Shown here piece after piece: positions 22,941 to 33,607 of a DNA stretch of 64,000 nt; the stretch's first letter is position 1, and each line of letters opens with the position of its first letter. Under the pieces are notes generated by a model. The model searched no databases. It was not told the origin of the DNA and was given only the letters and a program-made list of their open reading frames with translations. Origin of the DNA: Candidatus Eiseniibacteriota bacterium (lineage in GTDB: Bacteria; Arandabacterota; Arandabacteria; Arandabacterales; Arandabacteraceae); contig JBDRNT010000037.1 in NCBI GenBank assembly GCA_043810925.1, forward strand, positions 1 through 64,000, given 5' to 3'. The translations under genes were made by a program, and so were the position numbers.

Positions 22941-23078
22941 TTGTGCACCGGCGTAGCTTGATGAGGTCACTGTACCTCTCACCGAGCCACGTTACTATAG
23001 ATGCATCCGGAGGGCAAGCGCATTATTAGAGTAGGGATTACGGGGGTTCAGGTGATACCTCAGTCCGCTTGCCATGAG

Positions 23079-23093
23079 TGGCACGGAACTTGC
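23079..23093 (+). promoter_or_regulatory. Sigma54 promoter TGGCACGGAACTTGC upstream of sprA
   Basis: Exact match to TGGCACG-N4-TTGC. Confidence 0.85.
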
Positions 23094-23133
23094 CGTAGGG
23101 CGGGCATGGGATGAGTATATTCACTGGAAGACA

Positions 23134-26100
23134 ATGCCGATGAAGCCGTACGTTGGACTGTGCATCTTACTGCTCGTTACTACCGCCGGGGTGTGCAGCG
23201 GGAGCGGGGATCTCGCACGGGCAATCGACCGTGAGCCGGGCGATCCGGCCGGTTTTGCGCCTTTGGGGATCTCGGGCTCGCTGAGATTCATGCCGTATTC
23301 GGTTCACGCGCACCTGCAGCCTGAAGTACCGGAGTTTGCCAGGAAACCAGTCCTTGAGCAAACCTACATGGAGATCCTGAGGGACCGGTGGTCAAAGGCC
23401 GGATCGGGACGGACGTTTGAGGAGAAGGGGATGTCGCTCGGGGACTTCAGCGAGATAGACATACCGGTCAAGTTCCCGGAGACGATAGGCAGGGTCATCG
23501 GCCAGGGAGCGAACCTGAGTGTTACGGGAAGTGAGCAGATCAGTTTCGGCGGCCAGAGCAGGTACCGTGTCAACGAGCCCCTGACCGAGTACGGCCACAG
23601 GTCGAAGTTCCCCACACTTGACATGAAGCAGCACCTCAAGATTGATCTCAAGGGGACTGTGGGTGAGAAGATCCACGTGATGGTGCATCACGACAGTGAG
23701 ATCGAGACACCGCTTGAGAACAGGATAAAGCTGCGCTACGAGGGTGATGACGACGAAATAGTGCAGAGCATAGAGATGGGTAACACCAACCTTACATTGC
23801 CCGGTTCTCAATTCGTCAGTTACAGCGGCAAGCAGGAGGGCCTCTTCGGTGCGAAGATGCTCGCAAAACTCGGTGCCCTCGATGTCACAGCGGTGGCGAG
23901 CAAGCAGGAGGGGAGGACATCGGGTGCACGTTTCGAGGCCGACGTGAAGGACTCGGTCCAAATCGATGACGACCAGTTCGTCAGAAACAAGTACTTCTTC
24001 ATGATACATCCTTTTCAGCTTAACCTCACCAAGAATTTCATCGACATAGAGGTCTACCTCGATGACGGCAACGGTCTTAACAACGACGCTGCGATCCACG
24101 CCTACGCCTTCATGGACCCGACGGACCCGGCGATACCTGATCCGGACGAGTGGAACGGCCTTGAATATGCTTTTGACGGTGACTTCGACGTACTGATGCC
24201 GAACACGGACTACGCCGTCGATCCCCTCACCGGTGAGATCTCACTGCTGAGGCCGCTTGGGCCCACACATACGCTGGCCGTGAAATACATTTACGCGAAT
24301 GCTTCGGATGTGGACACGGTTGGTGGGACCGTCCAGGACAGCCTTGCGCTCAAGATGATCAGACCGAGCGATGAGGAGATGAAGAACCGTTGGGACATAT
24401 GGCGGGAGGCGCTCAGGTTGGAACGGAAGAACGTGTATTCGCTCGGCAGGAGCTACATCTCGGAGGAAAAGGTAGAGGTCAGAATCTACCGGAAGGGGCC
24501 GGTCAATGAGGATATCCAGCGTGATTACGAATACTCGAAGATCCTCGGGATCGATCTTGCCGATGAAAACGGACTGATCGATCCCACAACCTGGGAGACG
24601 GATGGTTATGCCGACGGCGGTCGCGTAAACGGCGAGCTCGGTCTGTTGCTGTTCCCGGATCTCAGACCCTTTGACCCTGAGTTTGTGGTGAGCGCGCGGC
24701 CTGAGGCACTTGACAGTCTGAATAGAAACGGCCCCATATATGATGAACACTATACCAATCTCAGACCGATCAACAGCCTGTTCTACATGGTAGTCCGCTT
24801 CACAACCACCCAGACCACATTCAAGCTGGATCACATAAACATTCTTGAAAACAGTGAGGTCGTGACCCTGAATGGGCAACGGCTGACGCGGAATACCGAC
24901 TATGAGATCTACTATGATATCGGCCAGATAAGGTTCACGACCGAAGAGGCCACCGACCCGGATGCGAAGATCACGGTCGATTATCAGTACGTGCCTTTCC
25001 TTTCAATGGCCCAGCAGTCGCTGGTCGGTGTCCAGGGCATTTACCGCTTCGGGGAGCAATCGCATCTGGGTGCGGCCTGGCTCTACCAGAGCAAGAAGTC
25101 GCCCGAGGAGCGTCCGAGGCTCGGCCAGGAACCTTCGAGGATCATGATGGGTGATATCAACACCCAGGTTGCCTTAGCGCCGGACATCATGACCGCGCTC
25201 GTCGACGCGCTGCCCATGGTCGAGGCCGACAAGCCCTCGAAGCTGACGATGTCCGGGGAGCTCGGGATGAGCTTCCCCAATCCCAACACCAAGGGTGATG
25301 TCTACATAGATGACATGGAAGGTGTCAAAGACCTGAGGTCGTTTTCGATGTTGAGGGAGAGCTGGTTTCCTGCAAGTCCGCCGACCGGTCTGAGATGGGA
25401 GGATACCAGGAAGGTCTGGTGGTATGTCAGGGACAGAGAGGTGAAAGAGGAAGACCTCTTCGCGGAGGCGGAGTCAAGACCGGGTGAGGCGTATATACCT
25501 GTGCTTGAGATGAACTACAGGGGCGCAATGTACGACACGGTGTTTACGAACCCCGACGAGGAGTGGGGAGGTTTGATGCGGCTGGTATCCCGTAGCGGCA
25601 CTGACTACTCCGAGCTGAGATTCGTCGAGATCTGGCTGAGACAGAAACAGGGCCAAGCCGACAGCATGCATATCGATCTCGGTGCGGTCAATGAGAACTT
25701 CTACCGCCCATGGGACGCAGACGTGCTCAACACCGAAGACAAGGACAAGGACGGCCAGCTGAGCGTCGAAGAGAACACCGGGCTTGACGGCATACCTGAT
25801 GGAGTTCCGGGTGACGATCCCGACGACAACTGGAGCTACTCCGAAGGCGACTTCTCGCACATAAACGGCACCGAAGGCGATCCGAGGATAGTGCCCGATA
25901 CGGAGGATCTTGACGGTGACGGCAATCTCGACACCGATGACATCCATTTCAGGTTGTCCTTTGATCTCAATGATACGACGTATATCGTCAATGAGGCGAC
26001 CAAGGGCTGGCGACAGTACCGGATTCCGCTTGTCAGCGCCGATACGCTGGGGGGATCGCCGAGCTGGCGATCGATCAAGTACCTCAGGTTCTTCTTCACC

Positions 26101-28779
26101 GGTGTCGATTCGCAGGCAGTCTTCCAGATTGCCTACCTTCAGATCGCGGGAGCAAGCTGGCTTGAAGAGGGGATCCGGACCAAGGCGGACATGCTTCGGG
26201 CCGATGTTCCTCCTGAGGAGGCGTTCGAAATCTCGGCAAAGAACACGCGTGACGATCCCGACTACGATCCGCCCTATGATCCCGGCAAGGACCCCGAAGG
26301 ATACAGGAAAAGGGAACAGTCACTCGTTTTCAGTATGAGAAATCTCGGGGCCGGCAACTCCGGATCCGTCTACAGATTGATGCCCGGAAATGCAAGCAAT
26401 TACACTCTTTATCAAAGCATGGCCTTCTACACGCGTGCCGACGGGGCTGCATCGGCCGAATCACTATACCTGTTCGTGAGGATCGGGTCGGACAGCGTGA
26501 ACTTCTATGAATACGGCGTCCGGGCGGATTCCGCACATCAGAACCTGGGGTCCGACAGGCCCGGCTGGCAGAGCATCGAGATCCCGCTTGACGACATTAC
26601 CAATCTCAAGGGGAGCGATGACACGGTCAGAGTCGATCTCTACGGCAGTCCCAAGAAAGTGTTGTTCAGGGAGCGGCCCCTCGCGGGGGGAGACGGATGG
26701 ATTGCGGTCTACGGGGAACCTTCAATCACGAGGATATCAAGGATAGGAGCGGGGGTGGTCAACCGGCGTGGGGATGGTGTGGCTACAAGCTCAAGAGCCA
26801 TAGAGGTATGGTTTGACGATCTTCGTCTCACGGATGTGAGGAAAGACATCGGTTTTGCCAAGCGATTAAGCGTCGCCGCGTCCTTTTCCGACTTGATAAA
26901 CGTGAATGCGGATTACAGGAACACCGATACGGAGTTCCAGACGCTTTCAGGCGAACGGCGGGGGACTGACGATACGGACTACAGCATATCGGCTTCCACA
27001 TCGATTGACAGGTACCTTCCCGATACCGGAGTTTCGCTGCCGTTTTCCGTACGCTACCACAAGAGCCGGTCCCTGCCCACGCTTAAGAGCAATTCCGATA
27101 TCGCCCTCAAGCCGGAAGAGCGAAAGGAACAGGAGAGAAGCTCGGTTGATGATTCCTACAGGCTGGGTTTTTCGAGAAGAAGGAAGTCCAAGAACCTGTT
27201 GATGCGGCTGACGCTTGATGCCGTATCGGCGGGTGCAACCTATTCGAGGAAACGCGGGGTCTCGCCGGAGCTACTTGACAACAGCGACGGCTACTCCGGC
27301 AATTTGTCCTATAACTTCACCCCCTGGTGGAAGCACACGGTAAGGCTTTACAGAGGTTACATGATCTCATACATGCCGGAGAACGTAACCGTCAATGTCA
27401 CCGGCTCGACGAGAAACACCAAGAAAGTCAACAGACGGCGGGGTGTCACCACTGAGGACAAGTATACGAGGGACATCAATGGTGTATTCAACGTTGCTTT
27501 CAAGCCTTTTTCGGGAGGCGCATTCCAGACGGATTACAGCCTGAAGACCACCCGTGATCTTGATCTCTATAAGTACGTGCCGATAGCGAACAGTATTGGA
27601 TGGGGACGTGAGCTGACACGCAATCAGAGGGCAGGCCTTCGAATAACGCCCACCTTCGGAAAGTGGATGCGGCCGACCATGAGCTATGATGTCAGTTACG
27701 ATGAGAATGCGGATCCCAAGAACCGTGCTCAGGGTGATCCTATGGGCGTGCGGCGGGCTTCGGTTTCGAGCAGGTCGAAGATAGACATATTCCTGACGAT
27801 CGGGTCCATTTTTGCCGAACCGGTCAAGGGCAGCGATACGACCGGGGTGTCCTTGACCCGCCAGATACTGACCAGGATACCCGACCTGAACGTAAGCTAT
27901 GTACTTGACAGGAATTCCAAGTACAACAAGCTCCTGGGGCGCCCGGGGCTGAAGTACCAACTCGGCATCGACGCCGTGGCCAGCGATGACCTTGTTTACG
28001 TCTCCTCGTCGGGGGGAGGGCAGCGGGCCGACGACCAGACGCGGAAGAGCGGGCTGAGCGTCGGAACAGAGTTCGAGCCCGTACCGACCATATCGCTTGA
28101 TTCGAAATACAGATACGACAGATCGGACAAGACATATGTCGGCGGGAAGACATACAACGAGACCTCGGTCTGGCCCGACATCACAGGCAATATATCCTCG
28201 GTGGCGACCATGTCGCTCCTTGAGGGTGTCATGAAGAGTTCCTCAATCGCAATCGGCTACAAGGGGACTTCGCAGATTGACGGTAAGGGCACCTCGACCA
28301 AGACCAAGGAGGTGCACAAGTCGGAGTGGCTGCCGCTTGTCGGGTGGGATGCCACGTGGAACAACGGGGTGAGGACGACGTTCAATGTGAGACGTTCCAC
28401 CAGCGAAACCGAGAACCTGCTTGGCACACGCAGCGTACAGGAGACCAAGACAACGGCCATCAATCTTTCGGTACGGCATTCTTTCAGTGCGCCACAGGGA
28501 ATGTACATCCCCCTGGCAGGGAAAACTCTGAAGTTCAAGAGCAACCTCACCTTCACACTTGATCTCGACTATGAGTCCTCGCTGACCACAACCCCGACAT
28601 CGCGAAACAGGATAGACAAGAACACGCGGAAGTTCGGGATAGTCCCCAAGGCGACATACAGCTTCAGCAAGAACATCACGGGGTCCGCCAATGCGCGGTT
28701 CGAGCAGACCTCGGACCGCAAGCTCGGTCAGACCTGGAGGACCATCGGTATAAGCGCCTCCGTCCTCATCCGCTTCTAA
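23134..28779 (+). CDS. sprA: SprA/Sov-like outer-membrane protein (type IX secretion translocon family)
   Basis: Signal-like N-terminus; LENRIKLRYEGDDDEIVQSIEMGN and GLFG motifs typical of SprA; beta-strand-rich C-terminus ending in Phe; start 23134 or 23140, downstream of the sigma54 site. Confidence 0.82.
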   Translation: MPMKPYVGLCILLLVTTAGVCSGSGDLARAIDREPGDPAGFAPLGISGSLRFMPYSVHAHLQPEVPEFARKPVLEQTYMEILRDRWSKAGSGRTFEEKGMSLGDFSEIDIPVKFPETIGRVIGQGANLSVTGSEQISFGGQSRYRVNEPLTEYGHRSKFPTLDMKQHLKIDLKGTVGEKIHVMVHHDSEIETPLENRIKLRYEGDDDEIVQSIEMGNTNLTLPGSQFVSYSGKQEGLFGAKMLAKLGALDVTAVASKQEGRTSGARFEADVKDSVQIDDDQFVRNKYFFMIHPFQLNLTKNFIDIEVYLDDGNGLNNDAAIHAYAFMDPTDPAIPDPDEWNGLEYAFDGDFDVLMPNTDYAVDPLTGEISLLRPLGPTHTLAVKYIYANASDVDTVGGTVQDSLALKMIRPSDEEMKNRWDIWREALRLERKNVYSLGRSYISEEKVEVRIYRKGPVNEDIQRDYEYSKILGIDLADENGLIDPTTWETDGYADGGRVNGELGLLLFPDLRPFDPEFVVSARPEALDSLNRNGPIYDEHYTNLRPINSLFYMVVRFTTTQTTFKLDHINILENSEVVTLNGQRLTRNTDYEIYYDIGQIRFTTEEATDPDAKITVDYQYVPFLSMAQQSLVGVQGIYRFGEQSHLGAAWLYQSKKSPEERPRLGQEPSRIMMGDINTQVALAPDIMTALVDALPMVEADKPSKLTMSGELGMSFPNPNTKGDVYIDDMEGVKDLRSFSMLRESWFPASPPTGLRWEDTRKVWWYVRDREVKEEDLFAEAESRPGEAYIPVLEMNYRGAMYDTVFTNPDEEWGGLMRLVSRSGTDYSELRFVEIWLRQKQGQADSMHIDLGAVNENFYRPWDADVLNTEDKDKDGQLSVEENTGLDGIPDGVPGDDPDDNWSYSEGDFSHINGTEGDPRIVPDTEDLDGDGNLDTDDIHFRLSFDLNDTTYIVNEATKGWRQYRIPLVSADTLGGSPSWRSIKYLRFFFTGVDSQAVFQIAYLQIAGASWLEEGIRTKADMLRADVPPEEAFEISAKNTRDDPDYDPPYDPGKDPEGYRKREQSLVFSMRNLGAGNSGSVYRLMPGNASNYTLYQSMAFYTRADGAASAESLYLFVRIGSDSVNFYEYGVRADSAHQNLGSDRPGWQSIEIPLDDITNLKGSDDTVRVDLYGSPKKVLFRERPLAGGDGWIAVYGEPSITRISRIGAGVVNRRGDGVATSSRAIEVWFDDLRLTDVRKDIGFAKRLSVAASFSDLINVNADYRNTDTEFQTLSGERRGTDDTDYSISASTSIDRYLPDTGVSLPFSVRYHKSRSLPTLKSNSDIALKPEERKEQERSSVDDSYRLGFSRRRKSKNLLMRLTLDAVSAGATYSRKRGVSPELLDNSDGYSGNLSYNFTPWWKHTVRLYRGYMISYMPENVTVNVTGSTRNTKKVNRRRGVTTEDKYTRDINGVFNVAFKPFSGGAFQTDYSLKTTRDLDLYKYVPIANSIGWGRELTRNQRAGLRITPTFGKWMRPTMSYDVSYDENADPKNRAQGDPMGVRRASVSSRSKIDIFLTIGSIFAEPVKGSDTTGVSLTRQILTRIPDLNVSYVLDRNSKYNKLLGRPGLKYQLGIDAVASDDLVYVSSSGGGQRADDQTRKSGLSVGTEFEPVPTISLDSKYRYDRSDKTYVGGKTYNETSVWPDITGNISSVATMSLLEGVMKSSSIAIGYKGTSQIDGKGTSTKTKEVHKSEWLPLVGWDATWNNGVRTTFNVRRSTSETENLLGTRSVQETKTTAINLSVRHSFSAPQGMYIPLAGKTLKFKSNLTFTLDLDYESSLTTTPTSRNRIDKNTRKFGIVPKATYSFSKNITGSANARFEQTSDRKLGQTWRTIGISASVLIRF

Positions 28780-28798
28780 AGACCTTTGGGAGACCCAT

Positions 28799-28814
28799 GG
28801 GGTCACGTCTTGAA
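28799..28814. repeat. Diverged copy of the GGGGTCAGGCTTTGAA repeat family
   Basis: GGGGTCACGTCTTGAA matches 13/16 to the reverse complement of the 186/42031 repeat end. Confidence 0.45.
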
Positions 28815-28861
28815 ACCAGGCGTTTTCTGGTCGCCGGCACAGCCTCTCGGTCCGCCTCGCC

Positions 28862-28942
28862 GTAGCATCGGCTCTCTTCGCCCGAGGTATGAACCGAAAC
28901 TCGGGCTTACGCTCCATGGCGTCGGGTTTCCGCGCCCGACGC
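28862..28942 (+). repeat. Two REP-like palindromes (28862-28887, 28916-28942)
   Basis: 20/26 and 22/26 identical to 63316-63341; second copy forms GCGTCGGG/CCCGACGC. Confidence 0.6.
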
Positions 28943-28999
28943 GACAGCCCCAAGGTTTTTCGCTTGCTTTTGGTTTCTACCTGTTGTAGTTTTGACGTG

Positions 29000-29019
29000 A
29001 GTGGGCAAAGCCCACTTTT
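29000..29019 (+). promoter_or_regulatory. rimP-nusA leader hairpin (attenuator-like)
   Basis: AGTGGGC-AAA-GCCCACT-TTT directly after TTGCTT-N17-TAGTTT (28964-28992). Confidence 0.6.
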
Positions 29020-29046
29020 GCAATTTGTATTGCCTGGGGGCATCGA

Positions 29047-29505
29047 TTGAGACGTTCAGAGTTGCTGGAGAGGGTGCGAAGCGTCCTTTTACCGGCATTG
29101 GCGAACCTGGGCTTTGATCTGGTCGAGGTGGCCCTTGTGGTGTCGCACGGGCGACGGACGCTCCAGGTTTTCATCGACAAAGAGAACGGCGTGAACCTGG
29201 ATGATTGTGCCAGGGCCAGCAAGGCCATCAGCCCGGCCCTCGATGAGGGGGGTTTCTTTCGAGACGGGTATTACCTCGAGGTTTCCTCTCCGGGTGCTGA
29301 GCGGAAACTGAGAAGCAGGCAGGATTTTGAGCGTTTCGTGGGCAGACTGGCCCTTGTCAGGCTCCGGGAGGGACGTAACGGACGGACCGAGGTCAAGGGC
29401 GAGATCGAGAGTTTTCAGGATGATATGCTGGCGCTCCGGCCGGAAGGAGAAGCTCTGATAGCGATTCCATTCGAGACGATCTCGAGTGCGAATCTCTGTC
29501 TTTGA
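29047..29505 (+). CDS. rimP: Ribosome maturation factor RimP
   Basis: GVNLDDC, YYLEVSSPG; precedes nusA. Confidence 0.95.
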   Translation: MRRSELLERVRSVLLPALANLGFDLVEVALVVSHGRRTLQVFIDKENGVNLDDCARASKAISPALDEGGFFRDGYYLEVSSPGAERKLRSRQDFERFVGRLALVRLREGRNGRTEVKGEIESFQDDMLALRPEGEALIAIPFETISSANLCL

Positions 29506-29521
29506 GCGAGGGTTCTTAACT

Positions 29522-31114
29522 ATGGACATGAGCTTTGAAGTGATCCAGGCGCTGAAATCGATCGCGAGAGCGAAAGATGTCGATGAGAACCTGATAATCG
29601 AGACCCTTCAGGCCGGTCTTATCAGTGCGGCGAGGAAGAAATTCGGTGCGAACAGCAACATCATCGTTGATGTGGATGAAGAGCACAGCAGCTTAACGGT
29701 GTATTGCTGCAAGGCCGTCGTGGACGTGGTTGAAGAGGCTGAAGCGGAGATCTGTCTTGCGGATGCACGGGAGATCGATCCCGGGATCAAGGTAGGTGGG
29801 GAGATCCGGACGGACATCCCGATTTCCCAGTTCGGCAGAAACGCGATCCAGGCTGCCAAGCAGGTCGTGATTCAGAGGATCAGGGAGGCAGAGCGGGACA
29901 GGACCTTCAATGAGTACAGAGAGAGGATTGGAGAGGTTGTCAACGGCGGTGTGCAGCAGGTGGACAGGGGCAGTCTGATAGTCAACCTCGGAAGGACTGA
30001 GGCAATCCTGCCGCAGCGAGAGCAGATCCCCAGAGAGCAGTTCAGGCAGGGCAATTCCATAAAGGCGTATGTCATAGACGTGACAAGGAGCTCAAAGGGG
30101 CCGCAGGTCATCCTGTCAAGAAGTCATCCCGATTTCTTAAGAAGGCTGTTCGAAATGGAGGTGCCTGAAATAAAGGACGGGACGGTTGAGATAAAGGCCG
30201 TGGCAAGGGAGCCCGGAGGCAGGTCGAAAATCGCGGTCCATTCCCATGATGACAAGGTGGACGCAGTTGGGGCTTGCGTCGGCATGAAGGGATCCCGTGT
30301 TCAGACAGTCGTCAGGGAACTCGGTGGCGAGCGCATTGACGTCGTACTCTGGAGCGACGAGTCCATAACCTATGTCACAAGGGCGCTGAGTCCCGCGAAG
30401 GTTGTTCATGCGGAGCTCGATGCCAAGGACCACAAGGTAACGGTTGTGGTGGCTGATGATCAGCTGTCACTTGCAATAGGCAAGGGAGGCCAGAACGCGA
30501 GGCTCGCGGCCAAACTGACAACCCTCAAGATAGATCTGATCAATGAATTGCAATACGGTGAGCGACTCGAATTCAGGAAGATGGCGAGGATTCCGCTTTC
30601 CGATGTGCCGGGCATCGGTTCGAAGATGCAGGCCAGGCTTACGGCGGGAGGATATGAAACAGCTGATGACATAGTGAATGTAGGCGTTGCGGATCTTATG
30701 GCTCTCGAAGGGGTGGGTGAGAAGACCGCCGGGAAGGTTATGGATGCTACCAGAGCCAAGATCGATGAACTGAAGGAACAGTTCCTGGCCGACAGAGCCG
30801 CACAGAGGGCCGCTGAAGAAGAGCGGCTCGCCGAAGAAGAGCGAGTTGCTGAAGAAGAACGAGTTGCGGAAGAGGCGCGGCTCGCCGAAGAGGAAGCCGC
30901 CGCAGCAGCTGAGGACGACGAGATAGATGAGGCAGCCGAGGAGGATGAGGACGACGAGATAGATGAGGCAGCTGAAGCTGCCGAGGCCCCCGAGACCGAG
31001 GATGCGGCCGAACCTGCCATCGAAGAGGGACTGGTCGCCGAAGCGGAAGTCGAAGTCGAAGACGCAGCCGAGGCGGCTGATGAAGACGAGGCCGCAGCCA
31101 AGGAGGATCGGTGA
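29522..31114 (+). CDS. nusA: Transcription factor NusA with HhH domains and an acidic repetitive tail
   Basis: FGRNAIQAAKQV, EVPEI, GACVGMKGSRV, LAIGKGGQNARLA. Confidence 0.97.
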   Translation: MDMSFEVIQALKSIARAKDVDENLIIETLQAGLISAARKKFGANSNIIVDVDEEHSSLTVYCCKAVVDVVEEAEAEICLADAREIDPGIKVGGEIRTDIPISQFGRNAIQAAKQVVIQRIREAERDRTFNEYRERIGEVVNGGVQQVDRGSLIVNLGRTEAILPQREQIPREQFRQGNSIKAYVIDVTRSSKGPQVILSRSHPDFLRRLFEMEVPEIKDGTVEIKAVAREPGGRSKIAVHSHDDKVDAVGACVGMKGSRVQTVVRELGGERIDVVLWSDESITYVTRALSPAKVVHAELDAKDHKVTVVVADDQLSLAIGKGGQNARLAAKLTTLKIDLINELQYGERLEFRKMARIPLSDVPGIGSKMQARLTAGGYETADDIVNVGVADLMALEGVGEKTAGKVMDATRAKIDELKEQFLADRAAQRAAEEERLAEEERVAEEERVAEEARLAEEEAAAAAEDDEIDEAAEEDEDDEIDEAAEAAEAPETEDAAEPAIEEGLVAEAEVEVEDAAEAADEDEAAAKEDR

Positions 31115-31434
31115 GAAAAGGGCACGTGCCTGTGAGAACCTGCATTGGTTGCCATAAACGAGGGCCGAAGCAAGATCTCCTGAGACTCGTATCGACCAAA
31201 GACGGTCTTAAGATCGGAGACGCGGACGGCCGGGGTTTCTACCTGTGCAGAGATGTCGAGTGCCTGGTTAGAGCCGGTAAGAACAATAGAATGAAGAGGT
31301 CTCTTGGAAGACCGCTCAGCGATCTGGAATCTGCCGTCCTTATGCGTGAGGTGTCCGGGCAGAACGGTGTTGACGGCGCATGCGACAAAGGTGTTATATG
31401 TTGTAGATGTACCGGAGGTGAGTCTATTGCCTAG
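31111..31434 (+). CDS. YlxR family RNA-binding protein
   Basis: HVPVRTCIGC, GRGFYLC; between nusA and infB. Confidence 0.85.
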   Translation: MRKGHVPVRTCIGCHKRGPKQDLLRLVSTKDGLKIGDADGRGFYLCRDVECLVRAGKNNRMKRSLGRPLSDLESAVLMREVSGQNGVDGACDKGVICCRCTGGESIA

Positions 31435-33598
31435 GAAGAGAATCTACCAGGTTGCACGCGAAATCAATCTGTCCAGCGAAGCTCTTCTTGAGATGTTGCG
31501 TGGTATGGGTCTCACTGTAAAGAGCCACATGAGTGCAATTGATGATGAGGCGGTCGAGGCGCTCAGGCAAAAGCTCAGGGAAGAGAAGGAAGAAGTAAAG
31601 AAGGAAGTCGCTCGTAAGAAGAGGATAGTCGAGGAGAGCAAGGCCGAGAAGAAGGCTGAGCAAAAGACGACCGAGAAGAAAAAGACCGAAAAGAAGAAGG
31701 CGGCGGAGCCACCACGTAAGGGCGGGCTGCGCCGGCGAGTACCCGATCAGAAAACGGTCAAGGAGTCTGTAAGGAAGACGCTGGCAGGGCTTGAGGGGGG
31801 CAAGAAGACCAGGAGGAAGAAGCGTCGGCTGCAAACGGAAGAAGAGGCCGTCGAGACGGATACCAAGGTTCTTCGAGTCACCGAGTTCATATCTGTAAGT
31901 GAGCTTGCTGCGGCTATGAATTCCAAACCCGCCGACGTGATTGCATGTTGTCTGCGTATGGGTGTGATGACGACCGTCAATCAGAGGCTCGATGCTGACA
32001 CCATCGGGGCAATAGCCGATGAGTTCGGTTTCACGGTGGACTTCGTGAAGGAATACGGTTCCGAGCTTGTCGAGGAGGAGGGATCTCCGGCTGAGTTGCG
32101 GCACGCGGTGGTCACCATAATGGGCCATGTCGACCACGGCAAGACATCTTTGCTCGACTACATCCGTAGAAGCAACGTGGTCGCGGGAGAGTCCGGGGGG
32201 ATAACCCAGCATATAGGAGCATACGAGGTCGAGACCGAGGGTGGACGGATAACCTTTCTTGATACACCTGGGCATGAGGCCTTCACGGCCATGCGGGCAA
32301 GAGGCGCGCAGGCGACGGACATCGTCGTCCTGGTGGTTGCTGCTGATGACAGGGTGATGCCCCAGACCGTAGAGGCGATAGACCACGCCAAGGCTGCAGG
32401 TGTTCCAATCATAGTAGCCATTAATAAGATAGACTTGCCGGATGCGAACGTCGACAAACTGAAGCAGGATCTCGCATCGCATGGTTTGACACCGGATGAC
32501 TGGGGTGGCCAGAGTCTTATGGTTCCTGTGTCGGCAAAGACCGGTGACGGGGTCGATCACTTGCTTGAGGTGATTCTGCTTCAGGCTGAAGACCTGAGCC
32601 TTGATGCTCCCAAGGAAGGTAGAGCAAGCGGGGTTGTGATCGAATCCCGGGTCGAGCAGGGCAGGGGAATAGTCGTCACGCTTCTCGTGGAGAAGGGGAG
32701 GCTGGTGCTGGGTGATCCCTTTGTAGCCGGGATCAGGAGTGGGAAAGTCAGGGCAATGTTCAACGAGCGCCGTAGAACCATCGATGCAGTGTGTCCCGCC
32801 TCGCCTGCGGAGATACTCGGATGCCAGGGCATACCTCAGGCCGGTGATTCCTTTATGGTGACAAGGGATGAGCGGGAGGCCCGTGCGGTGGCGCTGAAGA
32901 GACAGATGCTCCAGAGAGAGAAGGACCTCAGACGGGTGGGCCATATAAGTCTCCAGGACCTTCACAGCAGGATACAGGCAGGCGAGGTGAAGGAACTTAA
33001 GGTCATTGCAAAGGGCGACGTGGACGGATCGGTCGAGGCTCTGGCCGATGTGCTTGAGCGTCTGGGTACGGATGAGGTAAGCATAAGGATAATCCACAGG
33101 GGTGTTGGACCCGTCAATGAATCCGATGTTCTCTTGGCTGCCGCGTCGGATGCCATAGTGATCGCTTTTCATGTGGGTGTGCTTCCCAAGGGGAAGGAAC
33201 TCTCAAAGCGCGAGAAGGTCGATGTAAGAAGCTATAACGTGATATATGAAGTCAGCGAAGACATCCAGGCGGCCATGAAGGGCCTTCTTGGACCTATCAT
33301 AGAGGAGAAGGTGCTGGGGAGCGCTGAAGTCAGACAAGTCTTCAGCGTCAGCCGTGTGGGCACTATTGCAGGATCGTTTGTGATTGGCGGGTCGGTTGTC
33401 AGGAACGCTTCCGCCAGACTGCTGAGAGAGGGCGAGACCGTCTTCGAAGGCAAGATAAACTCGCTCAAGCGATTCAAAGATGATGTCAAAGAGGTCTCCC
33501 AGGGCTACGAGTGTGGCATAGGACTTGAGAATTTCTCCGATTTCCTGGCTGGGGATGTCCTGGAGGTCTTTGTCCTCGAGGAAGTCCAGAGATCATAG
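31427..33598 (+). CDS. infB: Translation initiation factor IF-2
   Basis: [38 protein letters not shown] start after SD GGAGGTG. Confidence 0.98.
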   Translation: MPRKRIYQVAREINLSSEALLEMLRGMGLTVKSHMSAIDDEAVEALRQKLREEKEEVKKEVARKKRIVEESKAEKKAEQKTTEKKKTEKKKAAEPPRKGGLRRRVPDQKTVKESVRKTLAGLEGGKKTRRKKRRLQTEEEAVETDTKVLRVTEFISVSELAAAMNSKPADVIACCLRMGVMTTVNQRLDADTIGAIADEFGFTVDFVKEYGSELVEEEGSPAELRHAVVTIMGHVDHGKTSLLDYIRRSNVVAGESGGITQHIGAYEVETEGGRITFLDTPGHEAFTAMRARGAQATDIVVLVVAADDRVMPQTVEAIDHAKAAGVPIIVAINKIDLPDANVDKLKQDLASHGLTPDDWGGQSLMVPVSAKTGDGVDHLLEVILLQAEDLSLDAPKEGRASGVVIESRVEQGRGIVVTLLVEKGRLVLGDPFVAGIRSGKVRAMFNERRRTIDAVCPASPAEILGCQGIPQAGDSFMVTRDEREARAVALKRQMLQREKDLRRVGHISLQDLHSRIQAGEVKELKVIAKGDVDGSVEALADVLERLGTDEVSIRIIHRGVGPVNESDVLLAAASDAIVIAFHVGVLPKGKELSKREKVDVRSYNVIYEVSEDIQAAMKGLLGPIIEEKVLGSAEVRQVFSVSRVGTIAGSFVIGGSVVRNASARLLREGETVFEGKINSLKRFKDDVKEVSQGYECGIGLENFSDFLAGDVLEVFVLEEVQRS

Positions 33599-33607
33599 GG
33601 TCATAAC

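Noticed and set aside
23074-23133. ORF-track start of sprA at 23074
   Set aside because: Overlaps the sigma54 promoter; the signal-like sequence begins at Met 23134 or 23140
30812-30975. Short direct repeats as a possible CRISPR array
   Set aside because: In-frame coding repeats without unique spacers; no cas genes in the window
30460-31173. 237-aa Ser/Ala-rich minus-strand ORF
   Set aside because: Antisense shadow of the GAA/GAG-rich NusA tail
31424-33172. 582-aa minus-strand ORF and similar long antisense ORFs (6067-7092, 10723-11634, 18529-19509, 57835-58941; plus-strand 45386-46813)
   Set aside because: Each lies opposite well-supported genes and has no motifs; expected in GC-rich coding DNA
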